Positions 12,385 through 23,365 of a DNA stretch of 64,000 nucleotides are shown in pieces; position 1 is the stretch's first letter, and each line of letters starts with the position of its first letter. The stretch spans positions 53,568,001-53,632,000 of the forward strand of contig NC_091470.1 of NCBI RefSeq assembly GCF_036971445.1, read 5' to 3'. A model generated the notes under the pieces. That model was not told where the DNA came from. It ran no database searches and was given only the letters and a program-made list of their open reading frames with translations. The translations under genes and the position numbers were made by a program. Source of the stretch: Narcine bancroftii. Its lineage: Eukaryota.

Positions 12385-14765
12385 TTCTTTTTAAAATATA
12401 TTTATTTTCATAAAGAATGTACAAATAGTAGAATTCGATAAAATTATAAGGATAGTTACACAAAATTAATAAAACATTCAGTATAATCAAAAACATAACA
12501 TGTTGTAAATCATATCCATGAGCTAATAACAAAAAATATAAAGAAAAAAATTAAGAAAAAGAAAGAGAAAAAGGGAAAAAATGAAAAACAAGGAAAAACT
12601 AATAAAAAGGAGGAAGACTGAAAACCCCTGCCTAACAGCGTTGCCAGATATTATTTATGATTAGTAATCTTTGGCTTGGCTTCGCGGACGAAGATTTATG
12701 GAGGGGGTAAAAAAGTCCACGTCAGCTGCAGGCTCGTTTGTGGCTGACCAGTCCGATGCGGGACAGGCAGACACGATTGCAGCGGTTGCAAGGGAAAATT
12801 GGTTGGTTGGGGTTGGGTGTTGGGTTTTTCCTCCTTTGCCTTTTGTCAGTGAGGTGGGCTCTGCGGTCTTCTTCAAAGGAGGCTGCTGCCCGCCAAACTG
12901 TGAGGCGCCAAGATGCACGGTTTGAGGCGTTATCAGCCCACTGGCGGTGGTCAATGTGGCAGGCACCAAGAGATTTCTTTAGGCAGTCCTTGTACCTTTT
13001 CTTTGGTGCACCTCTGTCACGGTGGCCAGTGGAGAGCTCGCCATATAATACGATCTTGGGAAGGCGATGGTCCTCCATTCTGGAGACGTGACCCATCCAG
13101 CGCAGCTGGATCTTCAGCAGCGTGGACTCGATGCTGTCGACCTCTGCCATCTCGAGTACGTCGACGTTAGGGGTGTGAGCGCTCCAATGGATGTTGAGGA
13201 TGGAGCGGAGACAACACTGGTGGAAGCGTTCTAGGAGCCGTAGGTGGTGCCGGTAGAGGACCCATGATTCGGAGCCGAACAGGAGTGTGGGTATGACAAC
13301 GGCTCTGTATACGCTTATCTTTGTGAGGTTTTTCAGTTGGTTGTTTTTCCAGACTCTTTTGTGTAGTCTTCCAAAGGCGCTATTTGCCTTGGCGAGTCTG
13401 TTGTCTATCTCATTGTCGATCCTTGCATCTGATGAAATGGTGCAGCCGAGATAGGTAAACTGGTTGACCGTTTTGAGTTTTGTGTGCCCGATGGAGATGT
13501 GGGGGGGCTGGTAGTCATGGTGGGGAGCTGGCTGATGGAGGACCTCAGTTTTCTTCAGGCTGACTTCCAGGCCAAACATTTTGGCAGTTTCCGCAAAGCA
13601 GGACGTCAAGCGCTGAAGAGCTGGCTCTGAATGGGCAACTAAAGCGGCATCATCTGCAAAGAGTAGTTCACGGACAAGTTTCTCTTGTGTCTTGGTGTGA
13701 GCTTGCAGGCGCCTCAGATTGAAGAGACTGCCATCCGTGCGGTACCGGATGTAAACAGCGTCTTCATTGTTGGGGTCTTTCATGGCTTGGTTCAGCATCA
13801 TGCTGAAGAAGATTGAAAAGAGGGTTGGTGCGAGAACACAGCCTTGCTTCACGCCATTGTTAATGGAGAAGGGTGAGACATATAAGGCAATCGAACAACT
13901 GAAAAGTGGCAAAGCAGCAGGTATGGATGGAATCCCCCCAGAAGTCTGGAAGGCTGGCGGCAAAACTCTGCATGCCAAACTGCATGAGTTTTTCAAGCTT
14001 TGTTGGGACCAAGGTAAACTGCCTCAGGATCTTCGTGATGCCACCATCATCACCCTGTACAAAAACAAAGGCGAGAAATCAGACTGCTCAAACTACAGGG
14101 GAATCACGTTGCTCTCCATTGCAGGCAAAATCTTCGCTAGGATTCTACTAAATAGAATAATACCTAGTGTCGCTGAGAATATTCTCCCAGAATCACAGTG
14201 CGGCTTTCGCGCAAACAGAGGAACCACTGACATGGTCTTTGCCCTCAGACAGCTCCAAGAAAAGTGCAGAGAACAAAACAAAGGACTCTACATCACCTTT
14301 GTTGACCTCACCAAAACCTTCGACACCGTGAGCAGGAAAGGGCTTTGGCAAATACTAGAGCGCATCGGATGTCCCCCAAAGTTCCTCAACATGATTATCC
14401 AACTGCACGAAAACCAACAAGGTCGGGTCAGATACAGCAATGAGATGATGAGCTCTCTGAATGATGATTAGTAATAAAAGAAAGACAAAGGTAGAAAAAA
14501 TTGAAAATGGAAAAGATAGGAATCAGACAATTTAATTACATTGAAGTGAAATTATAACGTCTGAAATCTTCTATCTGAATTATTAACTGAATCTTTTCCA
14601 TATTCAAGCAAGACACGAGGTCACGCAACCACTGATCATGAGTAAGTGGGGCAGAATCCTTCCATTTAAGTACAATCACGTGCCTCGCTAAAAGAGAGGG
14701 AAAAAAGATAGCACGACTCTGAGCCAAAAGAAGCCAACCTTGAGTAAGATTTCCTTTGTTCACTG
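12385..14765 (-). mobile_element. L1-type LINE 3' fragment (host of an RTE insertion)
   Basis: LARHVIVLKWKDSAPLTHDQWLRDLVSCLNMEKI at 14536-14763; T-rich 3'UTR and poly(A) near 12385. Confidence 0.7.
12669..14463 (-). mobile_element. Young RTE LINE with inverted 5' part
   Basis: 3' part 12669-13874 on minus (GVKQGC, LFADD, C2H2 end); 13875-14462 on plus (NYRGITLL, FVDLTK); 12-bp TSD ATGATTAGTAAT at 12657-12668 and 14464-14475. Confidence 0.95.
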
Positions 14766-14774
14766 TTAAGATTA

Positions 14775-15010
14775 TATTTTAAATTGTCATCTACTGCACA
14801 GTAATAGGCCTTTCTGGCCCACAAGCCCATGCCCTCCAAATACACCAATTAATTTACAAACCCCATACATTTTTGAAAGGTGGGAGATAACAAGAGCTCC
14901 AGGAGGAAACCCTGCAGATTTGGGGAGAACTTACAAACTCCTTACAGACTGCTCCAAATTCAAATCTGGGTCACTGACACTGCAATAGCATTGTGCTAAC
15001 CATGTTGCCC
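14775..15010 (-). mobile_element. tRNA-derived SINE (V-SINE/HE1-like)
   Basis: Reverse strand reads ggttagcacaatgctattgcag...ctgtaaggagtttgtaagttctcccc...gggtttcctcc...gggccagaaaggcct. Confidence 0.65.
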
Positions 15011-16178
15011 TTAAATCATATACCCACTCTTCAAACTGAGCAAACTGACATTCAAGATTGTCCACATTTCTTAAAGTCAGCTTGGAATGATGGATAATAG
15101 CAGAATGACAATTGACAGCTAGAGTGATACCTTCAATGTAAGACAATCTTCCATTGTAATTTTTAGAAGTATCCACTAAGCCACAGGAGACTTGTTAGAG
15201 TAGGTGGACCACAGCAGAGTCAAAGATGTAGATTTAAGGGCCATCCTAAAGTTGTACCCAATGGTGTGCAATTAAAATCAGGGAAGCTGAAGAGATTTGG
15301 AGCAACACAGAAATCTTGGAAACATTAACATTTGAAAGAGGTTATACCAGATGGAGAGAAGTGAGATTATGGAGGAATCGGGAAATTAGAAAGAGAATTT
15401 TAGAATCAAGGCATTGCTTAAACATACACCAAATATGAGTGAGTGAACACAAGATTAACAGGGAGTGTTAATCTCAAATTGTCATTGGATGGAAAGGGAA
15501 ATTATTATTTTTTTTTAATATTTAATAGCCACTAAAATTAGGATATGTATGTTTGCCATGAAAATCATTGTGAATCACTTAACATCTTATTCAAAAGCCC
15601 AATGTAGGACTTCTGAGTAATGGCATTCCTTTACAATCACAGGAGGAGGGGGCTTATTCTTAGAAGCAATACGTTACATCTGAGAGTGCCATGTGCTTGA
15701 AGAGTTTTGTCTGCTTCTTGTTCCATAGATTTAGAAAAAGAATCTACAGTACATTTATTTCAAAACATTTCTCATTTGAGATCACTGCTCTGACTGCTTG
15801 CATTTTTATGCCTGTACATTTCTGAATCTAACTTTATTACAAATGATTCTCTTGCAATTCATAACTACTGCTTTGTTTAGTATCTTCACATTAAATCTGT
15901 TGGGAATTAATACTTAACCTTAAAAGAATAAAGCAGATGACATCTCCATGCAATAAGGTTCCAACACTGTGAAAGAACTTCTGGCCTTTCATTCAATCTT
16001 CATACATTTCACACAGTCATTTCAACATTTAGCTTGTGATTGGACAAAGATACTTAAGCAGGCTATAACACAAAGCTGATTGACAGGAAAAGGTCCAATT
16101 GGACCCTTAAGCTTCCCACTCCATGTTGGTTGGAACATCATGATTTACAGTATATACTTTGTTTCTTCCAATCTAAAG

Positions 16179-16447
16179 TATTAAAGGTTACGGGGAGAAG
16201 GCGGAGACGGGGTACTGAACTTTAAGATCAGCCATGATCTCGTTGAATGGCGGAGCAGGCTCAAAGGGTCAAATGACCTACTTCTGCTCCTATCTTCTAT
16301 GTTTCTATTAAAGGTTATGGAGAGAAGGCGGGGACGGGGTACTGAACTTTAAGATCAGCCATGATCTCGTTGAATGGCGGAGCAGGCTCGAAGGGTCGAA
16401 TGACCTACGCCTGCTCCTATCTTCTATGTTTCTATGTTTCTATGTTT
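16179..16447 (+). repeat. Tandem duplication (2 x 127 bp) of a CR1 3' end with (TATGTTTC)n tail
   Basis: Units start at 16179 and 16306; gatcagccatgatctcgttgaatggcggagcaggctc is the CR1 3'UTR core. Confidence 0.85.
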
Positions 16448-17852
16448 ATCTAGCTACTTGATACCAGATTATTCTAGGAACTTTCAAATCTAAGCAAGAT
16501 ATTGGACCTGAGATGAACTGAAAACAATTTTAATTTCATGGTATCCTAAGAAAATTAGCCCCCCCCCCCCCCCCACCCCCACACACATAGTGCTTCAGAA
16601 GATTATTAATATAGGAAACAAGATTCCAACTCACATAAGATTAAAATAAGCAAGTAGCCAAAAACAGTGCAAAACTAGATGTTGAATGTTACATAGCTCT
16701 TTTGATATTGGCTAACCAGTAAATAGGCTGTTCAATGAAGCAGTTCAAAGATTGCCTTTCACACTGGACAATGTTAACCAGTTCTCCGTGCCCTTTCGCA
16801 CTCAGCAACCCAGAGCAGAGGGGTGTCTATCCTCCACTGGTGATGTCCTGAGTGATATGATGCATACTTGCAGGAAGTGAGACCTTCTCCTTCTCAACAA
16901 TGCTAGTCATCGATGCAGTCCATGTGATTGTCCTGACAATGTGTGCTTCTCTCACCACGCAAGCAGACCTTATCAACATCATTATCAATAAGATGATGCA
17001 AACAGTGACGGCACCTAATCGATTCCATTTACATGTGCTCAGGTGGGAAAATTTAACGGAAACATTGAGGGTGGCCATGGAGGAATTTGAGGATGAAACT
17101 CAGGCTGAACTAAGAAGCCATTATTGAAAATGCCTGGTTATCTTGAAGCATTTTGAATGGCTATATGATAGTAGAAGAATGTGGAGGAGGGGAGAAAGAG
17201 AGACCACAGGGGCCCGTGTTCTGGTGTAACATAGTCAAGAATTATGATGATGAATAGTGGCGTGAGGATTTTAGAATGTCACAAAGTACTTTACAATTTA
17301 TTATGAAGCTCCTCAAGCCAGAACTGAGGTGTAGGAGCATCAGCTGCAGGAAGCCTGTGGAGTCTTGGCTCAGACTTGCCATCGCTTTGTGGTGGTATGC
17401 CACCCCTTATGAGTATCGATCCATCAGTTGTCTCTTTAGTGTGGGTGTCTCCACTGTGTGCATGAGTGGAGATCACCTTCAGGAGACAATCGATGCGTTT
17501 ACAGAGAGGGGCTATCCAATGAGTGCCGGTGCCATCAACCACACACATGACAATGCAGCAGCCTACTACAATCGAAAAGGGTGGCACTCCATTGTTCTTC
17601 AGGCTGTTGTTGACCACAATTGCCAGTAAGGATCATGCCCTAAGTTACTATTTTTCTCTTCTCCTATCAGTGGTGTTTTCCATATGTCAATCAAGCATTG
17701 TGAATTTGTGGTTCCAGCTTCACAGACGTGTATGTGGGTTGGCCTGGTTACACCCATGACATTCGAGTTCTTGACAACTTGCCCATTTACAGAAAGGCTG
17801 AGGATGCAGACAGTTATCTATTCCTGTATAAAATAAGTGAATAAGTCCCACT

Positions 17853-17980
17853 NNNNNNNNNNNNNNNNNNNNNNNNNNNNNNNNNNNNNNNNNNNNNNNN
17901 NNNNNNNNNNNNNNNNNNNNNNNNNNNNNNNNNNNNNNNNNNNNNNNNNNNNNNNNNNNNNNNNNNNNNNNNNNNNNNNN
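17853..17980. other. Assembly gap (128 N)
   Basis: Run of N at the 3' tail of an RTE copy. Confidence 1.
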
Positions 17981-20352
17981 CGAAGATTTATGGAGGGGGT
18001 AAAAGTCCACGTCAGCTGCAGGCTCGTTTGTGGCTGACCAGTCCGATGCGGGACAGGCAGACACGGTTGCAGCGGCTGCAGGGGAAAATTGGTTGGTTGG
18101 GGTTGGGTGTGGGGTTTTTCCTCCTTTGCCTTTTGTCAGTGAGGTGGGCTCTGCGGTCTTCTTCAAAGGAGGTTGCTGCCCGCCAAATTGTGAGGCGCCA
18201 AGATGCACGGTTTGAGGCGATATCAGCCTACTGGCGGTGGTCAATGTGGCAGGCACCAAGAGATTTCTTTAGGCAGTCCTTGTAGCTTTTCTTTGGTGCA
18301 CCTCTGTCACGGTGGCCAGTGGAGAGCTCGCCATATAACACGATCTTGGGAAGGCAATGGTCCTCCATTCTGGAGACGTGACCCACCCAGCGCAGCTGGA
18401 TCTTCAGCAGCGTGGACTCGATCCTGTCGACCTCTGCCATCTCGAGTACTTCGACGTTAGGGATGAAAGCGCTCCAATGGATGTTGAGGATGGAGCGGAC
18501 ACAATGCTGGTGGAAGCGTTCTAGGAGACGTAGGTGATGCCGGTAGAGGACCCATGATTCGGAGCCGAACAGGAGTGTGGGTATGACAACGGCTCTGTAT
18601 ACGCTTATCTTTGTGAGGTTTTTCAGTTGGTTGTTTTTCCAGACTCTTTTGTGTAGTCTTCCAAAGGAGCTATTTGCCAGACTATCTGCCAGATAGTCTG
18701 TTGTCTATCTCATTGTCCATCCTTGCATCTGATGAAATGGTGCAGCCGAGATAGGTAAACTGGTTGACCGTTTTGAGTTTTGTGTGCCCGATGGAGATGT
18801 GGGGGGGCTGGTAGTCATGGTGGGGAGCTGGCTGATGGAGTACCTCAGTTTTCTTCAGGCTGACTTCCAGGCCAAACATTTTGGCAGTTTCCGCAAAGGA
18901 GGACGTCAAGCGCTGAAGAGCTGGCTCTGAATGGGCAACTAAAGCAGCATCGTCTGCAAAGACTAGTTCACGGACAAGTTTCTCTTGTGTCTTGGTGTGA
19001 GCTTGCAGGCGCCTCAGATTGAAGAGACTGCCATCCGTGCGGTACCGGATGTAAACAGCGTCTTCATTGTTGGGGTCTTTCATGGCTTGGTTCAGCATCA
19101 TGCTGAAGAAGATTGAAAAGAGGGTTGGTGCGAGAACATAGCCTTGCTTCACGCCATTGTTAATGGAGAAGGGTTCAGAGAGCTCATTGCTGTATCTGAC
19201 CCAACCTTGTTGGTTTTCGTGCAGTTGGATAATCATGTTGAGGAACTTTGGGGGACATCCGATGCGCTCTAGTATTTGCCAAAGCCCTTTCCTGCTCACG
19301 GTTTCGAAGGCTTTGGTGAGGTCAACAAAGGTGATGTAGAGTCCTTTGTTTTGTTCTCTGCACTTTTCTTGGAGCTGTCTGAGGGCAAAGACCATGTCAG
19401 TAGTTCCTCTGTTTGCGCGAAAGCCACACTGTGATTCTGGGAGAATATTCTCGGCGACACTAGGTATTATTCTATTTAGTAGAATCCTAGCGAAGATTTT
19501 GCCTGCAATGGACAGCAGCGTGATGCCCCTGTAGTTTGAGCAGTCTGATTTCTCGCCTTTGTTTTTGTACAGGGTGATGATGGTGGCATCACGAAGATCC
19601 TGAGGCAGTTTTCCTTGGTCCCAACAAAGCTTGAAAAAGCTCAAAGCAAACCTCAAAGCAAAGCTCGACGATGCAACCCGCCTCACGGACCCGTCCCCTG
19701 AAACCCTCTGGGATCAGTTGAAGACTACCATACTGCAATCCACTGAAGAGGTACTGGGCTTCTCCTCCAGGAAAAACAAGGACTGGTTTGACGAAAACAG
19801 CCAGGAAATCCAGGAGCTGCTGGCAAAGAAGCGAGCTGCCCACCAGGCTCACCTTACAAAGCCGTCCTGTCCAGAGAAGAAACAAGCCTTCCGTCGCACA
19901 TGCAGCCATCTTCAGCACAAACTCCGGGAGATCCAAAATGAGTCATGGACTAGCCTTGCCAAACAAACCCAGCTCAGCGCGGACATTGGCAACTTCAGGG
20001 GTTTCTACGAGGCTCTAAAGGCTGTGTACGGCCCCTCACCCCAAGTCCAAAGCCCGCTGCGCAGCTCAGACGGCAAAGTCCTCCTCAGCGACAAGATCTC
20101 CATCCTCAACCGATGGTCAGAACACTTCCAATCTCTTTTCAGTGCCAACCGCTCAGTCCAAGATTCCGCCCTGCTCCAGCTCCCTCAACAGCCCCTAAGG
20201 CTAGAGCTGGATGAGGTCCTCACCCTGGATGAGACATATAAGGCAATCGAACAACTGAAAAGTGGCAAAGCAGCAGGTATGGATGGAATCCCCCCAGAGG
20301 TCTGGAAAGCTGGCGGCAAAACTCTGCATGCCAAACTGCATGAGTTTTTCAA
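17981..20352 (-). mobile_element. Young RTE LINE with inverted 5' part
   Basis: 17981-19638 on minus (RT to C2H2 end); 19639-20352 on plus (KDWFDEN..KAAGMDGIP..HEFF); both pieces meet at TTTTTCAA. Confidence 0.93.
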
Positions 20353-20371
20353 TATATATATATATATTATA

Positions 20372-20837
20372 TCCACGCTGCTGAAGATCCAGCTGCGCTG
20401 GGTGGGTCACGTCTCCAGAATGGAGGACCATCGCCTTCCCAAGATCATGTTATATGGCGAGCTCTCCACTGGCCACCGTGACAGAGGTGCACCAAAGAAA
20501 AGGTACAAGGACTGCCTAAAGATATCTCTTGGTGCCTGCCACATTGACCACCGCCAGTAGGCTGATATCGCCTCAAACCGTGCATCTTGGCGCCTCACAG
20601 TTCAGCAGGCAGCAACCTCCTTTGAAGAAGACCGCAGAGCCCACCTCACTGACAAAAGGCAAAGGAGGAAAAACCCAACACCCAACCCCAACCAACCAAT
20701 TTTCCGCTGCAACCGTGTCTGCCTGTCCCGCATCAGACTTGTCAGCCACAAACAAGCCTGCAGCTGACGTGGACATTTACCCCCTCCATAAATCTTCGTC
20801 CGCGAAGCCAAGCCAAAGAAAGAAGAAAAGAAAGAAA
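20372..20837 (+). mobile_element. RTE LINE 3' fragment
   Basis: QLRWVGHVSRM..YGEL; tail cgcgaagccaagccaaagaaagaag; follows a (TA)n tract. Confidence 0.93.
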
Positions 20838-21639
20838 TATTTATATGTACCCTGTATATATGTTCAGGCATAAAGATGGGATGACTGGTGGTCAGGTCTG
20901 ACCCTTGCATGGTGCAATGGCCGCAGGAGGAAATGGGAGCATTGGCTGGTTGTGCTGTCCAAGGTTGTATGAGAAACCTGTACCTCTGCATCGCCTTGCC
21001 CACTGGAATCTAAGATTGTTAACTGAGTGGAAATCCCTTCACATTTGACCAGGGATTCCCCCACCCAATCAGGAATTGGCTGATGAAGGGTTCACACAAC
21101 ATCATGTGCTCAATCTACGGAAGCACAAATTCAACTATCAAGTGAGCTCCCCACGAAATGGTTGCAGAGAATGCTTTTGTATGTCTCAAACATCGCTGGA
21201 GGTGCCTGACCAAATGACTGGATATTAATACCACTTTTGTGACTAAGTTTGTTGTTGCCTATTGTGTCCTGCATAATGTATGTGAGATTAATAAGGATAA
21301 CTTCTTGGAAGAGTGGAGAACTGAGATGGCAGATCTCCCTCTGCCAGATAGAGTTCCTTATTGAGGTGCAACATCACGGGGTCACCAGGTGATACGTGAG
21401 ACTATTATGTCCATTTTGTGTGCTCATCAAGCAAACAACTAAGCCCTTTAACAGAGATTTCAATAAAAATAGCATATCGCACATAGAGTAGTGGATCCTA
21501 AAATTGTAAACTGTTTGGAATGAACTTTTAACTTTGAGTGTTTAACTTTTAATGATTTAAATTATGTACACTTGATAAAAAACATATTTCAAAATAAGGT
21601 TCTCTTCTTTGTCATAATCTATGTACAAGGTTTTTCATA

Positions 21640-22570
21640 AAAATATCAGTCTTCCTCTTCTGCTAATAAATGCAGGTATGAGGACGTGAAAGGAGGATTG
21701 AAGGAGTCATCTCCCTCAGACACCTCCCCATTCCCCATTAACAAGTGTCCAGGTGCTATGGGGGTCATGGGGGTAGGAACATAAATGGGGTGATCCATTG
21801 GGGTGGTGGGAGGAGGCTGGATATTGGATGAGGGAGAGAGGAGGCTGGAGGGGGTGGTGATCTAATTCTGGAGGGAGGAGGGCTGATGTTGGAAGGAAAT
21901 GAGAGAAGGCTGGGAGGAGGAAGGCTGATTGTGGAGGGAAGGGGGAGGAGGAATGAGGTTGGAGGGAGGAAGAATGAGGCTGGAGGGTGGAGGAATGAGG
22001 TTGGAGAGAGAAGGAATGAGGGAGAGGGGGGAATGAGGCTTGAGGGAGGAGGAATGAGGATGGAGGGAAGAGGGCAAAGGCTGGACGTGAGCAGGAATGC
22101 TAAGCAAGGAGATGAGATCCCTCATCAGGCCCCTCTGGGCCTGCATCTCCTGATGTATGTCTGTGATGAGCCTTGCAAAAGTGGCATTTTCTTGGCACTC
22201 CTTCCGGTCAGCCTCTGATTCCTGCCTCTCCGCCTGGCAGTGTGCACACATAAGCACCTGCATGATCTCCAACTGCCTCTCCCGATGCAGGAGGTCACGC
22301 TCCTGTCCTTTTGGTCTATCTCATGGTGAAAACCCTGGATCTCGATGATGACCTCCTGCGGCCTGCTGGGCTTCCTCCTCTTCCCCCTCCTTTTGGTTCA
22401 CAAAACACATCAGAAAAATTGGACAAATACAAAAGCAGTTCTTACCTGCCTCTGGTGCTGGGGCCACTTGCTCTCCTCGGGGCAGTAGAGATCCTGGGGA
22501 TGGCTGAGGTACTGGGGGAATTTGAGATACTGAGAGTGGATGAGGTACGGGGGCAGATGAGGTACTGGGG
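21640..22570 (-). pseudogene. C-terminal part of the Harbinger Myb/trihelix-type accessory gene
   Basis: PSTS-rich segment, GTAAG donor at 22445, Arg-rich then coiled-coil (AERQESEADRKECQEN) then Pro-rich tail. The Myb domain itself is not seen. Confidence 0.55.
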
Positions 22571-22574
22571 GCAG

Positions 22575-23365
22575 TAACCTGAGTTCAAATCTGAAATTGT
22601 CTTTAAGAAATTTGTACATTCTGGGGACAGGTGAGGCCTGGACCTGATGTTCCGCTCACATAGGAAAGTGTATGCATAATACATCGCCTCTCCTTTCTCG
22701 GTGTAGTGATTACCACATGACCACTGTCTGGCTTGCTAGGCAGGAGGTCATTACACATGGCCTCTCCTATATTATTGCATCCTTAGCAACACCTTCTCAT
22801 CGGTGTCCCCCATTTTAATTGAGTTTGCTATGTCATGGTGCAATCGAGTGTCCGGCAGTATTACTGGATGGGTAGGCTGGGCTCGTTAGCCTTGGTTGGC
22901 AGCCAGGCCTAAGAGAAGGAAAACTCTGATTCCAAACCTGGGCAGATGGGACTCGTTAGCTTCGTCAGGCCATCCATCTAGGAGAAGGGCACTCTGACGT
23001 AACACCTACAATCCAAGGACCTGGCTGTCACCGTCCCAGAGTGCTGGGCCATGGCAGATGAATCCCAGGAGTAAAGGGTGGAGCCAGTACTGCACAAACT
23101 GCACTCCACCTAAAAAATCCACTGTGCAGGCTCAAAGGACATGCCATGTCTACGATCCTTCTTAAATCTTCATTTGCGAAGCCAAGCCATGGCATTCCCC
23201 CCCCCCACCACTCCCCACCATGTCTGCATTGTTTTCCTCCAGGTCCTCCAACATTCCAAAGATTTACAGGATTAGGTTAATTGGTCACCGTGGTGCATTT
23301 GGGCAGAGCAGGCTTGTGGGACAGAAGAGCCTGTTATCGTGCTATATCCTCAAATTAAATTCAAA
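22575..23365 (+). mobile_element. V-SINE/HE1-like SINE split by an insertion
   Basis: 5' part 22575-22621 (gagttcaaatc..tttgtacattc); 3' part 23193-23365 (catgtctgcattgttttcctcc..ggttaattgg..gaagagcctgtt). Confidence 0.6.
22623..23192 (+). mobile_element. Non-autonomous bipartite RTE derivative (5'UTR-like part plus RTE 3' tail)
   Basis: Ends taaatcttcatttgcgaagccaagcca like the local RTE; two ~70-nt gagaaggaaaactctga repeats; flanked by CATTC. Confidence 0.65.

Larger units (their letters stand above)
17250..21445 (+). pseudogene. Harbinger DDE transposase pseudogene, 3 exons
   Basis: FRMS..RLAIALWWYAT..YRSIS, YYNRKGWHSIVLQAVVDH, intron 17626-17717 (GT..AG, frame restored to HFTDVYVGWPGYTHD), last exon ENAFVCLKHRWRCL..CVLHNVCE near 21160-21290. 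Confidence 0.85.
16754..22570. mobile_element. PIF/Harbinger DNA transposon fossil (transposase on +, Myb/trihelix-like partner on -)
   Basis: Putative left TIR GCCTTTCACACTGG at 16754; convergent two-gene layout; right end not found. Confidence 0.8.

Noticed and set aside
13767-14471. Chimeric ORFs spanning RTE inversion junctions (also 12722-13996, 18682-19686, 19631-20560)
   Set aside because: Products of inversion or nesting plus the naturally open antisense frame; not genes.
16092-16105. 14-bp palindrome GGTCCAATTGGACC with nearby CCAAT boxes
   Set aside because: A palindrome of this length is expected by chance in 64 kb; no linked gene.
21862-22272. Pro/Ser/Leu-rich ORF as an independent gene
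   Set aside because: Low-complexity tail of the Harbinger accessory gene.
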